Translations under genes and position numbers: made by a program
Shown: piece after piece, positions 16,850 through 24,427 of the stretch
Position numbering within the stretch: the stretch's first letter is position 1
How the letters are laid out: every line of letters starts with the position of its first letter
Notes under the pieces: model-generated
The model's input: the letters and a program-made list of their open reading frames with translations, nothing else
The model's database searches: none
Told to the model about the DNA's origin: nothing
From: an uncultured Candidatus Peribacteria bacterium
Lineage (GTDB): Bacteria > Patescibacteriota > Gracilibacteria > RBG-16-42-10
Assembly (NCBI GenBank): GCA_964514565.1
Contig: CAZERA010000001.1
Location: forward strand, 552,080-592,079
DNA length: 40,000 bases
Direction of reading: 5' to 3'

Positions 16850-16970
16850 GAGGTAAAAAGTAAGAAGTAAGAGATAAAAAGTTTGTGAGCTGGGGGAGCG
16901 GTCACATCGACACTTGTCGAGACTTAGCCCATACACTTCTTACCTCTTCCATTTTACCTCTTACCCCTCT
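16850..16970. repeat. Composite palindrome 'B': GARGTAA heptamer array, GC hairpin core, inverted pyrimidine array
   Basis: Left arm: GAGGTAA AAAGTAA GAAGTAA GAGATAA (16850-16877). Core hairpin: TCGACA-CT-TGTCGA (16907-16920). Right arm: CTTCTTACCTCTTCCATTTTACCTCTTACCCCTC (16936-16969). It shares a 17-mer and an 11-mer with element C. Confidence 0.6.
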
Positions 16971-17026
16971 GTAATATTTCCCAAAACCATATTGTAGTAC
17001 TAGTATCAACGCATCTCTCCTATTCG

Positions 17027-17596
17027 ATGATCAATCCCTCTCCGCTCAGTGATGAAGCACTGTGTAAATATGTGCAAAAAGGTGATAAAGAAATGTTTGG
17101 CGAGCTAGTCGATCGTTATCAAAAAAAACTTTCACGCTACGGCCGTAAGTTTTTGTTTAGTACCGAAAATATTGAGGATTTGGTCCAAGACGTCTTTATT
17201 AAAGCATACCAAAACATGCAGAGCTTTGATCTGGGGCAAAAGTTTTCACCTTGGATTTATCGTATTGCTCACAACACCTTTATCAATGCTCTCAAAAAAC
17301 ATGCTCGGGCACCATTGTCTTTGTTTGATTTTGATACATTGATCCCTCATTTGGCTTACGATGATCCCTCTACTCGGGAACGTGAACAAAAAGAAATGCG
17401 TATCCTGATCGACCAGAGTTTAGAGAAATTGGCGCCCAAGTATCGGGAAATTATTGTGCTGTACTTTCTAGAAGAGCTCAATTACAAAGAAATTGCTGAA
17501 ATCTTGCATATCCCGACTGGTACCGTGGGCATCCGTCTCACGCGAGCCAAGAAACAATTAAAAAAGTTTTTACCTTCTGACGCCTTGTCTTTATGA
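17027..17596 (+). CDS. ECF-type RNA polymerase sigma factor (sigma-70 regions 2 and 4)
   Basis: Region 2: DLVQDVFIKAYQNMQSFD...FSPWIYRIAHNTFINALKK. Region 4 HTH: LNYKEIAEILHIPTGTVGIRLTRAKKQLKK. Confidence 0.85.
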   Translation: MINPSPLSDEALCKYVQKGDKEMFGELVDRYQKKLSRYGRKFLFSTENIEDLVQDVFIKAYQNMQSFDLGQKFSPWIYRIAHNTFINALKKHARAPLSLFDFDTLIPHLAYDDPSTREREQKEMRILIDQSLEKLAPKYREIIVLYFLEELNYKEIAEILHIPTGTVGIRLTRAKKQLKKFLPSDALSL

Positions 17597-18327
17597 CTAC
17601 ACCCACTTCTCATGACCTCAAAGATGAGGTTCTCCACAAAATTCGTACGGGGGATGTTCACATGAAACCAAAATCTTACTTTGCCCTCAAGATTATCTTG
17701 CTGGCATTCGTGGCTGCTTTAGTAGTAATTGTGGCAGCTTGGCTCGTAAGTTTTATTATATTTAGTTTGAATATCAGTGAGCGTTCTACTCTGCTTGGCT
17801 TTGGCTGGCGTGGGATTCAAACATTTCTTTGGCTTTTTCCTTGGAGACTCCTACTTGTAGAGGTCATACTGATCGCTTTGCTCGGGAGGCTGACTCGTCA
17901 TTTTCGCTTTAGTTATCGTAGTCCGATGTTGTACTCATTGGTGGGCGGGATGGCTTTGAGTGGCATACTGGCGTTAGTAATGAATAGTGGAGCTGTACAA
18001 GAAGCACTCCTGCAGCAGCACCATCAAAGTAATCTACCATTGATTGGATCGATGTATGAGCGAGTGGAGCGACCAGAGCGTCCGGATGACCGACCAGAAG
18101 TAATTCGTGGGGTGATTATGAATATGGAACAAAATAAGCTGGTAGTGAAGAATGCTGATGAAGAAACTGTATTGATTAATGTACTACTGCCTGAGTCTGC
18201 GTTTCTTGGCCCAGCCTTTATGATTGGTGACGAAGTGTTTGTAGCTGGAGACTTGGTTGGTGACACTTTGCAAGCATATGGGATCAAAAAGGTGACCCAC
18301 TTTAGACCAATCTGGCCTCGTCCATAA
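17593..18327 (+). CDS. Multi-pass membrane protein, putative cognate anti-sigma factor
   Basis: The ATGA overlap with the sigma gene implies translational coupling. It has a short cytoplasmic N-terminus followed by several TM helices. There is no zinc-binding anti-sigma motif, so the role is inferred from position only. Confidence 0.45.
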   Translation: MTTPTSHDLKDEVLHKIRTGDVHMKPKSYFALKIILLAFVAALVVIVAAWLVSFIIFSLNISERSTLLGFGWRGIQTFLWLFPWRLLLVEVILIALLGRLTRHFRFSYRSPMLYSLVGGMALSGILALVMNSGAVQEALLQQHHQSNLPLIGSMYERVERPERPDDRPEVIRGVIMNMEQNKLVVKNADEETVLINVLLPESAFLGPAFMIGDEVFVAGDLVGDTLQAYGIKKVTHFRPIWPRP

Positions 18328-18415
18328 GCTATTTCTTTGCAAGGTGTAATAAATCTTTTTGAGAGGTGTAATAATGGATGTCGCGACACTTATTCTACTT
18401 TTAAGATTTATATTT

Positions 18416-19186
18416 ATGTATAAGAATGTAAAAAATGTATTGGTTACTGGAGGTATCGTGTCATCATTATTACTTACCGGCGCAGCTACTACCTTTGCTC
18501 AGACCAGTACAGCTGATCAAGTCAGAAATGTGAAGCCAATGGAACGAGTGCTTCGTGCCGACCATTTGGCGGAGATGGCTACTAAACTAGGTCTCAATAC
18601 TGACGAAATCAAACAAGAACTCGACGCTGGTAAGAAGTGGCCAGATATTTTGAAGGAACACAACGTCACCCAAGCACAGATGGAGTCTCTGTTTGGTAAG
18701 CGTGACCGCCCACCATTGAGTAATGATCAGATTGCAGACTTAGCTACCAAGCTCAATCTCAATGTAGAAGAAATCAAAGGAGAAATTGCTGCTGGTAAAG
18801 AACTCCCTGCCATTTTGAAGGAACATAATATTACTCAGGAAAAAATGAAGACTGCGTTTGGTGGTATGCGAATGGGTAAGGGAATGGGTATGTGGAAAGG
18901 ACGAGGTGGACCTCGTATGGAAATGTCACCACAACTGCTCGAAGTACAAGCAAATATTCTCGGTATCTCTACTGATGAGCTCAGGACTACTATGAAGAAT
19001 CGCGAGACACTCAAGACGATAATTACCGGCAAGGGACTGACTATGGAGACCTTTCATCAAAAAGTAAATGCACAGATTTTGCAGATGATAACTGACGGTA
19101 AGATTACTGGTACTCAGGCTGAACTTTTACAACACATGATCAATCACAAGGTAGGAAACAAGACTGAAGTACAAGTGCAAAAGTAG
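18416..19186 (+). CDS. Secreted protein with three ~50-aa internal repeats (LTxxQ-like motifs)
   Basis: Signal peptide MYKNVKNVLVTGGIVSSLLLTGAATTFAQ. Repeats: LATKLGLNTDEIKQELDAGKKWPDILKEHNVTQAQMESLFG, LATKLNLNVEEIKGEIAAGKELPAILKEHNITQEKMKTAFG and a degenerate ANILGISTDELRTTMKNRETLKTIITGKGLTMETFHQKV. The track ORF begins at TTG 18359. Confidence 0.6.
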   Translation: MYKNVKNVLVTGGIVSSLLLTGAATTFAQTSTADQVRNVKPMERVLRADHLAEMATKLGLNTDEIKQELDAGKKWPDILKEHNVTQAQMESLFGKRDRPPLSNDQIADLATKLNLNVEEIKGEIAAGKELPAILKEHNITQEKMKTAFGGMRMGKGMGMWKGRGGPRMEMSPQLLEVQANILGISTDELRTTMKNRETLKTIITGKGLTMETFHQKVNAQILQMITDGKITGTQAELLQHMINHKVGNKTEVQVQK

Positions 19187-19201
19187 TTTTATTTTCCAAC
19201 T

Positions 19202-19254
19202 GGGGATAGGAGTGGAATAGCAGAATAGGACATGCGTAGGAGGCTCCTATCCCC
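19202..19254 (+). other. Long-stem hairpin downstream of the ECF operon
   Basis: GGGGATAGGAG (19202-19212) pairs perfectly with CTCCTATCCCC (19244-19254) around a 31-nt purine-rich loop. No U-run follows. Confidence 0.4.
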
Positions 19255-19271
19255 ATATCAAACCAATCGCG

Positions 19272-19306
19272 ATGCAGAACTCATGGAGGTGGGTTCTGCA
19301 TTTTTT
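19272..19306 (+). terminator. Intrinsic terminator of the ECF operon
   Basis: ATGCAGAAC (19272-19280) pairs with GTTCTGCAT (19293-19301) and is followed by TTTTTT. Confidence 0.65.
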
Positions 19307-19397
19307 GTAGCTGTTCTATAAAGAACTATATGCCATCTGTATCGTTTACTTTTCTGGTTAATTACGTTACCTTAAGCAACCCTAAGCAATATATATT

Positions 19398-20483
19398 ATG
19401 AAAACAATCAAGGACCCTTTAGCGGGGATTGGAAGACAAGCAGGTAAATTATTGGATGCACAACGTACTGGTAAATTTCCCAAGGTGACTCCAGGTGTGT
19501 TGGCACGGAACGAGATCGAAGGTTTGTTGCGAGATCCTGATGCTGAACAAAAATGGATAGAACATGCTTTGCATTTACAATTGCCCCATGCTCGCGAGGA
19601 TATGCTTCCTGATGAAATTACTACTAATCTTTTAGGCGGAGCTTCATTCCCATCGACGAAAAGGCATTACCTGCCTTTGGTTTGTGATCTTGTTGCCGCT
19701 ACTTTAAGTGCTCACCCCGAATTAGATATCCCAGCATCTGAGATGCCAGGTAATAACTTGAATGCAATAATAGCATTGTATAAATCTAATAAAGACTTTA
19801 GCACGGCTTTGCACCATATGGTTAATGCCAAATATTTAGATAGCTATGTAGCCAAGCGTCGGTATGGTCCTGGTCTAGCATCACTCCCTGTCCGGGGCGA
19901 AGATGTGATCACTCTGATTTCTAGTCTTGACCCCGAGGCAAGTGCTGATGGTCTTTTACAATTTGGCAGCATTATTCGCGTCCAAAAAGCAATGCCTGAT
20001 CCACGGCATTTTGCTGAAAAGTTGCTTTTAGCAGCAGCCCAAAGAGATTTAGCGTGCAGTATCGGTGACGCAGTGTCTGTTGCTTATATATTGTACCAAA
20101 AGCGTTTTGAATACATGCAAGCTGTTCTTGATTTGCGTCAGCGTATCGGCGCGATTACTGGTCAGGCTAGAGAGAGTACACCAGTAGAGAAAGCGATAGT
20201 GGCTACAGAGTTCTCTTCACTTCAAAAAAATATTCTTGTATATGGCAAAGCAAAAGTGGAGCAAGCAATCAGCACCGCCCGCAGGTTGGGTATGTTGATG
20301 GAGCAAACTGTGTATATCGATCCTCCGCAAGCAAACCGTCGGGCAGGCACAATTACTAGTTTACGTCCTGGCAACGAGGAAAATAAATTTGTAGTAGAGG
20401 TGACTGCAGGTGGTGAAGTACTTTATTTTGACTTGTATCGGCTGAAAAATCTTCAAGTCAGAAGTACTGATGGAGCAAGGTGA
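19398..20483 (+). CDS. Hypothetical protein (361 aa)
   Basis: Long ORF, first of four same-strand genes spanning 19398-23079. No motif recognised. Confidence 0.55.
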   Translation: MKTIKDPLAGIGRQAGKLLDAQRTGKFPKVTPGVLARNEIEGLLRDPDAEQKWIEHALHLQLPHAREDMLPDEITTNLLGGASFPSTKRHYLPLVCDLVAATLSAHPELDIPASEMPGNNLNAIIALYKSNKDFSTALHHMVNAKYLDSYVAKRRYGPGLASLPVRGEDVITLISSLDPEASADGLLQFGSIIRVQKAMPDPRHFAEKLLLAAAQRDLACSIGDAVSVAYILYQKRFEYMQAVLDLRQRIGAITGQARESTPVEKAIVATEFSSLQKNILVYGKAKVEQAISTARRLGMLMEQTVYIDPPQANRRAGTITSLRPGNEENKFVVEVTAGGEVLYFDLYRLKNLQVRSTDGAR

Positions 20484-20537
20484 TATATTTGACTTGGTTT
20501 CGGTGTAGTAGTCATATGGATATGCTTATTTTCGCTT

Positions 20538-21167
20538 ATGACTATTTTCCGAAACTTTTTCCTGTACTTCAAAAATCCTCGCCATTTGAGTCTCGCTTTG
20601 GTTGGCTTGGCATTTTTAGGGTTTAGTGTGTGGCTCAACTTTACTGCTGGTACATATGCTTACAATCATATGAGCAATGGTGTGGCTGATCTATTGCTAG
20701 ATAATCTACCGACTTACGATGTGTCGCTACTTTTTATTGAAGGTGCAGCGGTGATGGTACTGGGTATATTTGTGATGTGTGTAGTCTATCCTCAACGATT
20801 TTTTGATGTCACTGCCACGATTGCTTTGATGTACCTATTCCGAGCTGGTGCCATTAGCCTGACTCATTTAGGCCCACCATTGGCGATGGGTGATATGGGT
20901 TTGGCCAATACAATAACTGGTAGATTTGTCCAAGGTGCCGATTATTTCTTTTCTGGTCATACAGCATTACCTTTCTTGGCTGCATTACTCTTTTGGGAAA
21001 AAACATGGGTGCGCAATATCTACTTGGCCTGCACTCTTATATTCGGAGTGGCTGCGATTTTAGGTCATTTGCACTACAGCATTGATGTCTTCGCCGCCCC
21101 GTTTATTGCGTATGGTATTTACGCCATTAGAAGACACTTGTGGAAGGTTGATTCAGCTGTTGCTTAG
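20538..21167 (+). CDS. PAP2_C / sphingomyelin-synthase-like integral membrane protein
   Basis: GADYFFSGHTALPF and GHLHYSIDVFAAPFIAYGIYAI correspond to the D3 (SGHT) and D4 (HYxxDV...Y) motifs of the sphingomyelin synthase / PAP2_C family. There are about 5-6 TM helices. Confidence 0.65.
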   Translation: MTIFRNFFLYFKNPRHLSLALVGLAFLGFSVWLNFTAGTYAYNHMSNGVADLLLDNLPTYDVSLLFIEGAAVMVLGIFVMCVVYPQRFFDVTATIALMYLFRAGAISLTHLGPPLAMGDMGLANTITGRFVQGADYFFSGHTALPFLAALLFWEKTWVRNIYLACTLIFGVAAILGHLHYSIDVFAAPFIAYGIYAIRRHLWKVDSAVA

Positions 21168-21270
21168 TTTCGTAAATACTATAAATCCGATTTCATTCTA
21201 GTTATTAGACTTTTCTATTAATTGTTGTGTTCTAATAGATATGCTAAGCTAAATTGAAACCTATTTTACC

Positions 21271-21927
21271 ATGCTCGATCACAGAATTCTCCTTCCAGAC
21301 ACACCATCAGACAGTGTTGATATGCTGCTCTTTTTGCCTGGCTATCGTCAGAGTATTGCTGATGTTGAGCAATTAGTCAGTCAGATTTGTCGCGATATGG
21401 TACGCGTTATTGTTGAGCCGCCTTTAGCTACTTCAGCTCAGGGCAAATACAGTTGGGCTAAGTTTGATCCGAAGGTTCGTCCTCTGCAATTTAATCCAGA
21501 ACATATTCAAGCTGGTGTAGATGCAGTTGTATCACTTACTAGAGATGTGCAAATTGCTAGCAATGTCGGGCAAGTATATTTAGCAGGCTTCAGCCAAGGT
21601 GGGGTAGTTGCTGCTCATACTGTAGACCAATATCCTTCTCATTTTGCTGGGATGGTGGCATCACATCTGATTTTAGTGCCTGAGTTGGTTGCTAAACCAC
21701 GGTATGAACCTTCTCCGCCCATTCATCCAATTTTTTCTGATCCTGGTTTGGATGATATGGTGACAGAAGATGATCGTCAGCGAGTATTGGGATGGTTGGT
21801 ACAAAAAAACATGCCAGAATATGCAAGAACAGATTTACCCAGTAAACATGATTTCAATCTAGCGGTTGCTCAAACCATGCAAGCAGTAGTGCAGCGATGG
21901 CAGCGAATTGGTAAACTTAACCGTTAA
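21271..21927 (+). CDS. Alpha/beta hydrolase, phospholipase/carboxylesterase-like
   Basis: Nucleophile elbow YLAGFSQGG (GxSxG), size ~218 aa, and late Asp/His candidates (DDMV...; SKHDF) as in the PF02230-type esterases. Confidence 0.65.
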   Translation: MLDHRILLPDTPSDSVDMLLFLPGYRQSIADVEQLVSQICRDMVRVIVEPPLATSAQGKYSWAKFDPKVRPLQFNPEHIQAGVDAVVSLTRDVQIASNVGQVYLAGFSQGGVVAAHTVDQYPSHFAGMVASHLILVPELVAKPRYEPSPPIHPIFSDPGLDDMVTEDDRQRVLGWLVQKNMPEYARTDLPSKHDFNLAVAQTMQAVVQRWQRIGKLNR

Positions 21928-21930
21928 TAT

Positions 21931-23079
21931 ATGAAAACTAGTATAGATGCTTCAGGTGCGGATCGCGGTGTTGATAAGCTGTCAGAGGGACCTAATAGTT
22001 ATGCGTTGATTGCGACTAAGTTGGGTATTCCAACTACTGCAGTAGTTTATTATCCTTGTTGTGGTAATGATACCTATCCTCAAGCTGGCCTTTCTCACAA
22101 TCGGTTCATCTATGCCGATGGAGATTTGAATGCTATTGCTGCACTGCAAAGTACTGGGAGAGAGGCTTACTGCCAAGACGTAAAAACTTTTGATCCAGTA
22201 CCAGGCGGTGTTGATATTGTGGTTGTGCAAAATCCCATGATGTCTTCTTTAGAATTTGTAGACCGTGTAAAAACTGCTGGTATGATCATTTGTAATGATT
22301 ATCATGCTTCCGCTAAGACTTTGGTTCGAGAGCCCAGTATGGAATTAGTTGCTGTTGTCCATAATCCTAGATCTGCAGCACCGGAGTGGAATGAGTCTCG
22401 AGCTCAAGACTGTTTTGAAAAAGCTGATACCACAGCAGATTTACTAGTAGCAGGTCGGCTAGCTTACTGTGAAAAGATGGTTGCTCGTTATGGAGCAGAT
22501 ATTGAAGGTGACAATGTAGCTTTGAAATACCAAATACTTTATAAGCGTCATTTCGATTCTGAGTCTGGTTTCGCAATAATAGGTGATCCAGCTGATGGCG
22601 GAATATTTTTGCCTGATCCACCGACAAAGCATGCGTTTGCTCCCGATGATATCGCTATTTTCCGTAAGAGATTAGTCACTCCTGAGCAAAAAGAAGCGCG
22701 TATTGAAGCCGTAATTGAAGATTTTGCTGTAGTATTACCTGAACCACTCGAGCCTTGGATTACTAGATCGTTGCAACGCGCCCTAGGGATTAATCTAGTT
22801 GCTGATTCTGTGGATTCTCTGCTAGCGATGTTGCGTCAGAATGCTTTAACCCTTATACAACTACAAGCTTTGCAGGGACTGACTAAGTATTTTAGTTTGC
22901 GTGAATACTGGAAGTTAAAGTTCCAAAATTTAACTAACGATCAACGTTTGAGTTTTAGTTTTTTACTCAGGAGTGAATCAGCTGTACTCGGCGATCCTGC
23001 TTTTGAAGTTACTTTGCCTGAAGCTCATACTTTGGGTGAAGACTTCTTTGGATCAGATGATATTGCTCAAACAGAGTAA
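21931..23079 (+). CDS. Hypothetical protein; N-terminal Rossmann/methyltransferase-like pattern
   Basis: VVYYPCCGNDTYP, FIYADGD and DIVVVQNP resemble motifs I, II and post-III of class I SAM methyltransferase folds, but they are degenerate. The C-terminal 200 aa are unassigned. It starts 3 nt after the hydrolase gene. Confidence 0.45.
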   Translation: MKTSIDASGADRGVDKLSEGPNSYALIATKLGIPTTAVVYYPCCGNDTYPQAGLSHNRFIYADGDLNAIAALQSTGREAYCQDVKTFDPVPGGVDIVVVQNPMMSSLEFVDRVKTAGMIICNDYHASAKTLVREPSMELVAVVHNPRSAAPEWNESRAQDCFEKADTTADLLVAGRLAYCEKMVARYGADIEGDNVALKYQILYKRHFDSESGFAIIGDPADGGIFLPDPPTKHAFAPDDIAIFRKRLVTPEQKEARIEAVIEDFAVVLPEPLEPWITRSLQRALGINLVADSVDSLLAMLRQNALTLIQLQALQGLTKYFSLREYWKLKFQNLTNDQRLSFSFLLRSESAVLGDPAFEVTLPEAHTLGEDFFGSDDIAQTE

Positions 23080-24234
23080 TTAAGACACATTATCAATAAT
23101 GGCTTGAGCCACTGTTTTAGCGATACGGGTATCCAAGACACTAGGAATAATAAATTCTGGGTTGAGTTCAGCATCGCTGACACAGCTAGCAATTGCTTTT
23201 GCTGCGGCTAGTTTGATGCGGTCATCTACTTTCTTGGTACGAGTAGCTAGTAACCCCTTGAATACACCAGGAAATACCAAGACATTGTTGATTTGATTGG
23301 GGAAATCACTGCGGCCTGTACCCACTATATACGCGCCAGCTGCTTTTGCTTCCTCAGGCATAATTTCTGGTACAGGATTGGCCATGGCAATAATAGCTGG
23401 TTTTGGAGCCATCATCTTTACTTGTTCTGGTTTGAGCGCACCAGCGACTGACAAACCAATAAATATGTTTGCTCCTTTCAATGCATCACTGAGAGTACCT
23501 GCACGCTTCTCTGGATTGGTTCGTTCTGCTACTTCTCGTTTTTCGTCATTGAGATCAGTGCGATCCAGACTAATGATACCTTTGGAATCACAGACAATAA
23601 TATCTTTGAAACCATAGCTAAGCAGTAATCTCGTAGTGCCCAGTCCGGCTGCACCGGCTCCATTTACTACAATCTTGATTTGGTCTGCTTTTTGACCAGT
23701 AATGCGGAGGATGTTAATTAGTCCAGCTAGCGTGACGATTGCCGTAGCATGTTGATCATCATGAAAGACGGGGATATCGAGACTCTCACTCAAGCGACGC
23801 TCGATTTCAAAACATTGTGGAGCTGCAATATCTTCTAAATTGATGCCACCAAAAGTAGGTGCAATCGCCATTACAGCTTGAATGATGCCCTCGGTGTCTT
23901 GGGTACTGAGCACAATAGGATATGCATCTACGCCGCCCAGTTCTTTGAACAAAATTGCTTTGCCTTCCATGACTGGTAGTGCACCATAAGGTCCGATATT
24001 ACCCAGTCCGAGCACGGCTGAACCATCTGATACCACCGCAATAGTATTGCCCTTGATGGTATAGTCGTAAGCTTCTTCAGGGTGATTGCCTAGATGAGAA
24101 GATACTGTGCCCACACCAGGAGTATAAGCAATACTGAGATCATTGCGCGTAAGCATAGGCCCCACTTTGCTATAAACGCCTAATTTCCCCTGGGCTTTTT
24201 TATGTTTCAAAAGTGACTCTTCGCCGTAGTTCAT
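23080..24234 (-). CDS. NAD(P)-dependent malic enzyme, short (~385 aa) form
   Basis: [47 protein letters not shown] and the dinucleotide-binding VVNGAGAAG are diagnostic of the short prokaryotic malic enzymes. Confidence 0.9.
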   Translation of the reverse strand: MNYGEESLLKHKKAQGKLGVYSKVGPMLTRNDLSIAYTPGVGTVSSHLGNHPEEAYDYTIKGNTIAVVSDGSAVLGLGNIGPYGALPVMEGKAILFKELGGVDAYPIVLSTQDTEGIIQAVMAIAPTFGGINLEDIAAPQCFEIERRLSESLDIPVFHDDQHATAIVTLAGLINILRITGQKADQIKIVVNGAGAAGLGTTRLLLSYGFKDIIVCDSKGIISLDRTDLNDEKREVAERTNPEKRAGTLSDALKGANIFIGLSVAGALKPEQVKMMAPKPAIIAMANPVPEIMPEEAKAAGAYIVGTGRSDFPNQINNVLVFPGVFKGLLATRTKKVDDRIKLAAAKAIASCVSDAELNPEFIIPSVLDTRIAKTVAQAIIDNVS

Positions 24235-24269
24235 AGTTTTTTTCTTAGTGACGTTATTCTATACGCTTT

Positions 24270-24392
24270 GGAGGGAAAAAGTAAGAAGTAAGTGGTAAGA
24301 AATGTAAATGCTTGTTGTCCACTTGCGTGGAGGGCATGGTATTTCTCCCGCTAAAAGACTTTTTACCTCTTCCCTCTTACTTTTTACCTCCC
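24270..24392. repeat. Composite palindrome 'C', sister of element B, with a core related to the GIY-YIG inverted repeat
   Basis: Left arm 24270-24304 contains AAAAAGTAAGAAGTAAG, identical to 16855-16871. Core hairpin: TCCAC-TTGC-GTGGA (24318-24331). GGAGGGCATGGTATTTCTCCCGC (24329-24351) resembles 13971-13996. Right arm 24359-24392 contains TTACCTCTTCC, identical to 16940-16950. Confidence 0.6.
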
Positions 24393-24427
24393 ATCTAAGC
24401 TATGTTGTTGTCATCAACAACATCTCT

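Noticed and set aside
16781-16936. N-terminal extension (GTG 16936) of ORF 15599..16936
   Set aside because: It reads through heptamer palindrome B, giving a low-complexity LLLLTFYLTSS peptide. A conventional ATG at 16780 follows the element.
18024-18389. 121-aa minus-strand ORF
   Set aside because: It is antisense to the 3' half of the anti-sigma-like gene and the start of the next gene in a tightly coupled + strand operon. The composition is Ser/Arg-rich low complexity.
24402-24423. Hairpin ATGTTGTTG-TCAT-CAACAACAT just upstream of the queuosine-salvage gene, considered as a preQ1 riboswitch
   Set aside because: It has no resemblance to the preQ1-I/II/III consensus as I recall it (no conserved ACCC/AAAAAACUA-type elements). 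It may still modulate translation, but there is no evidence for ligand sensing.
24308-24427. N-terminal extension (ATG 24308) of the QNG1-like gene
   Set aside because: It reads through palindrome C (…LFTSSLLLFTSHLS…). The family-conserved sequence starts after ATG 24428.
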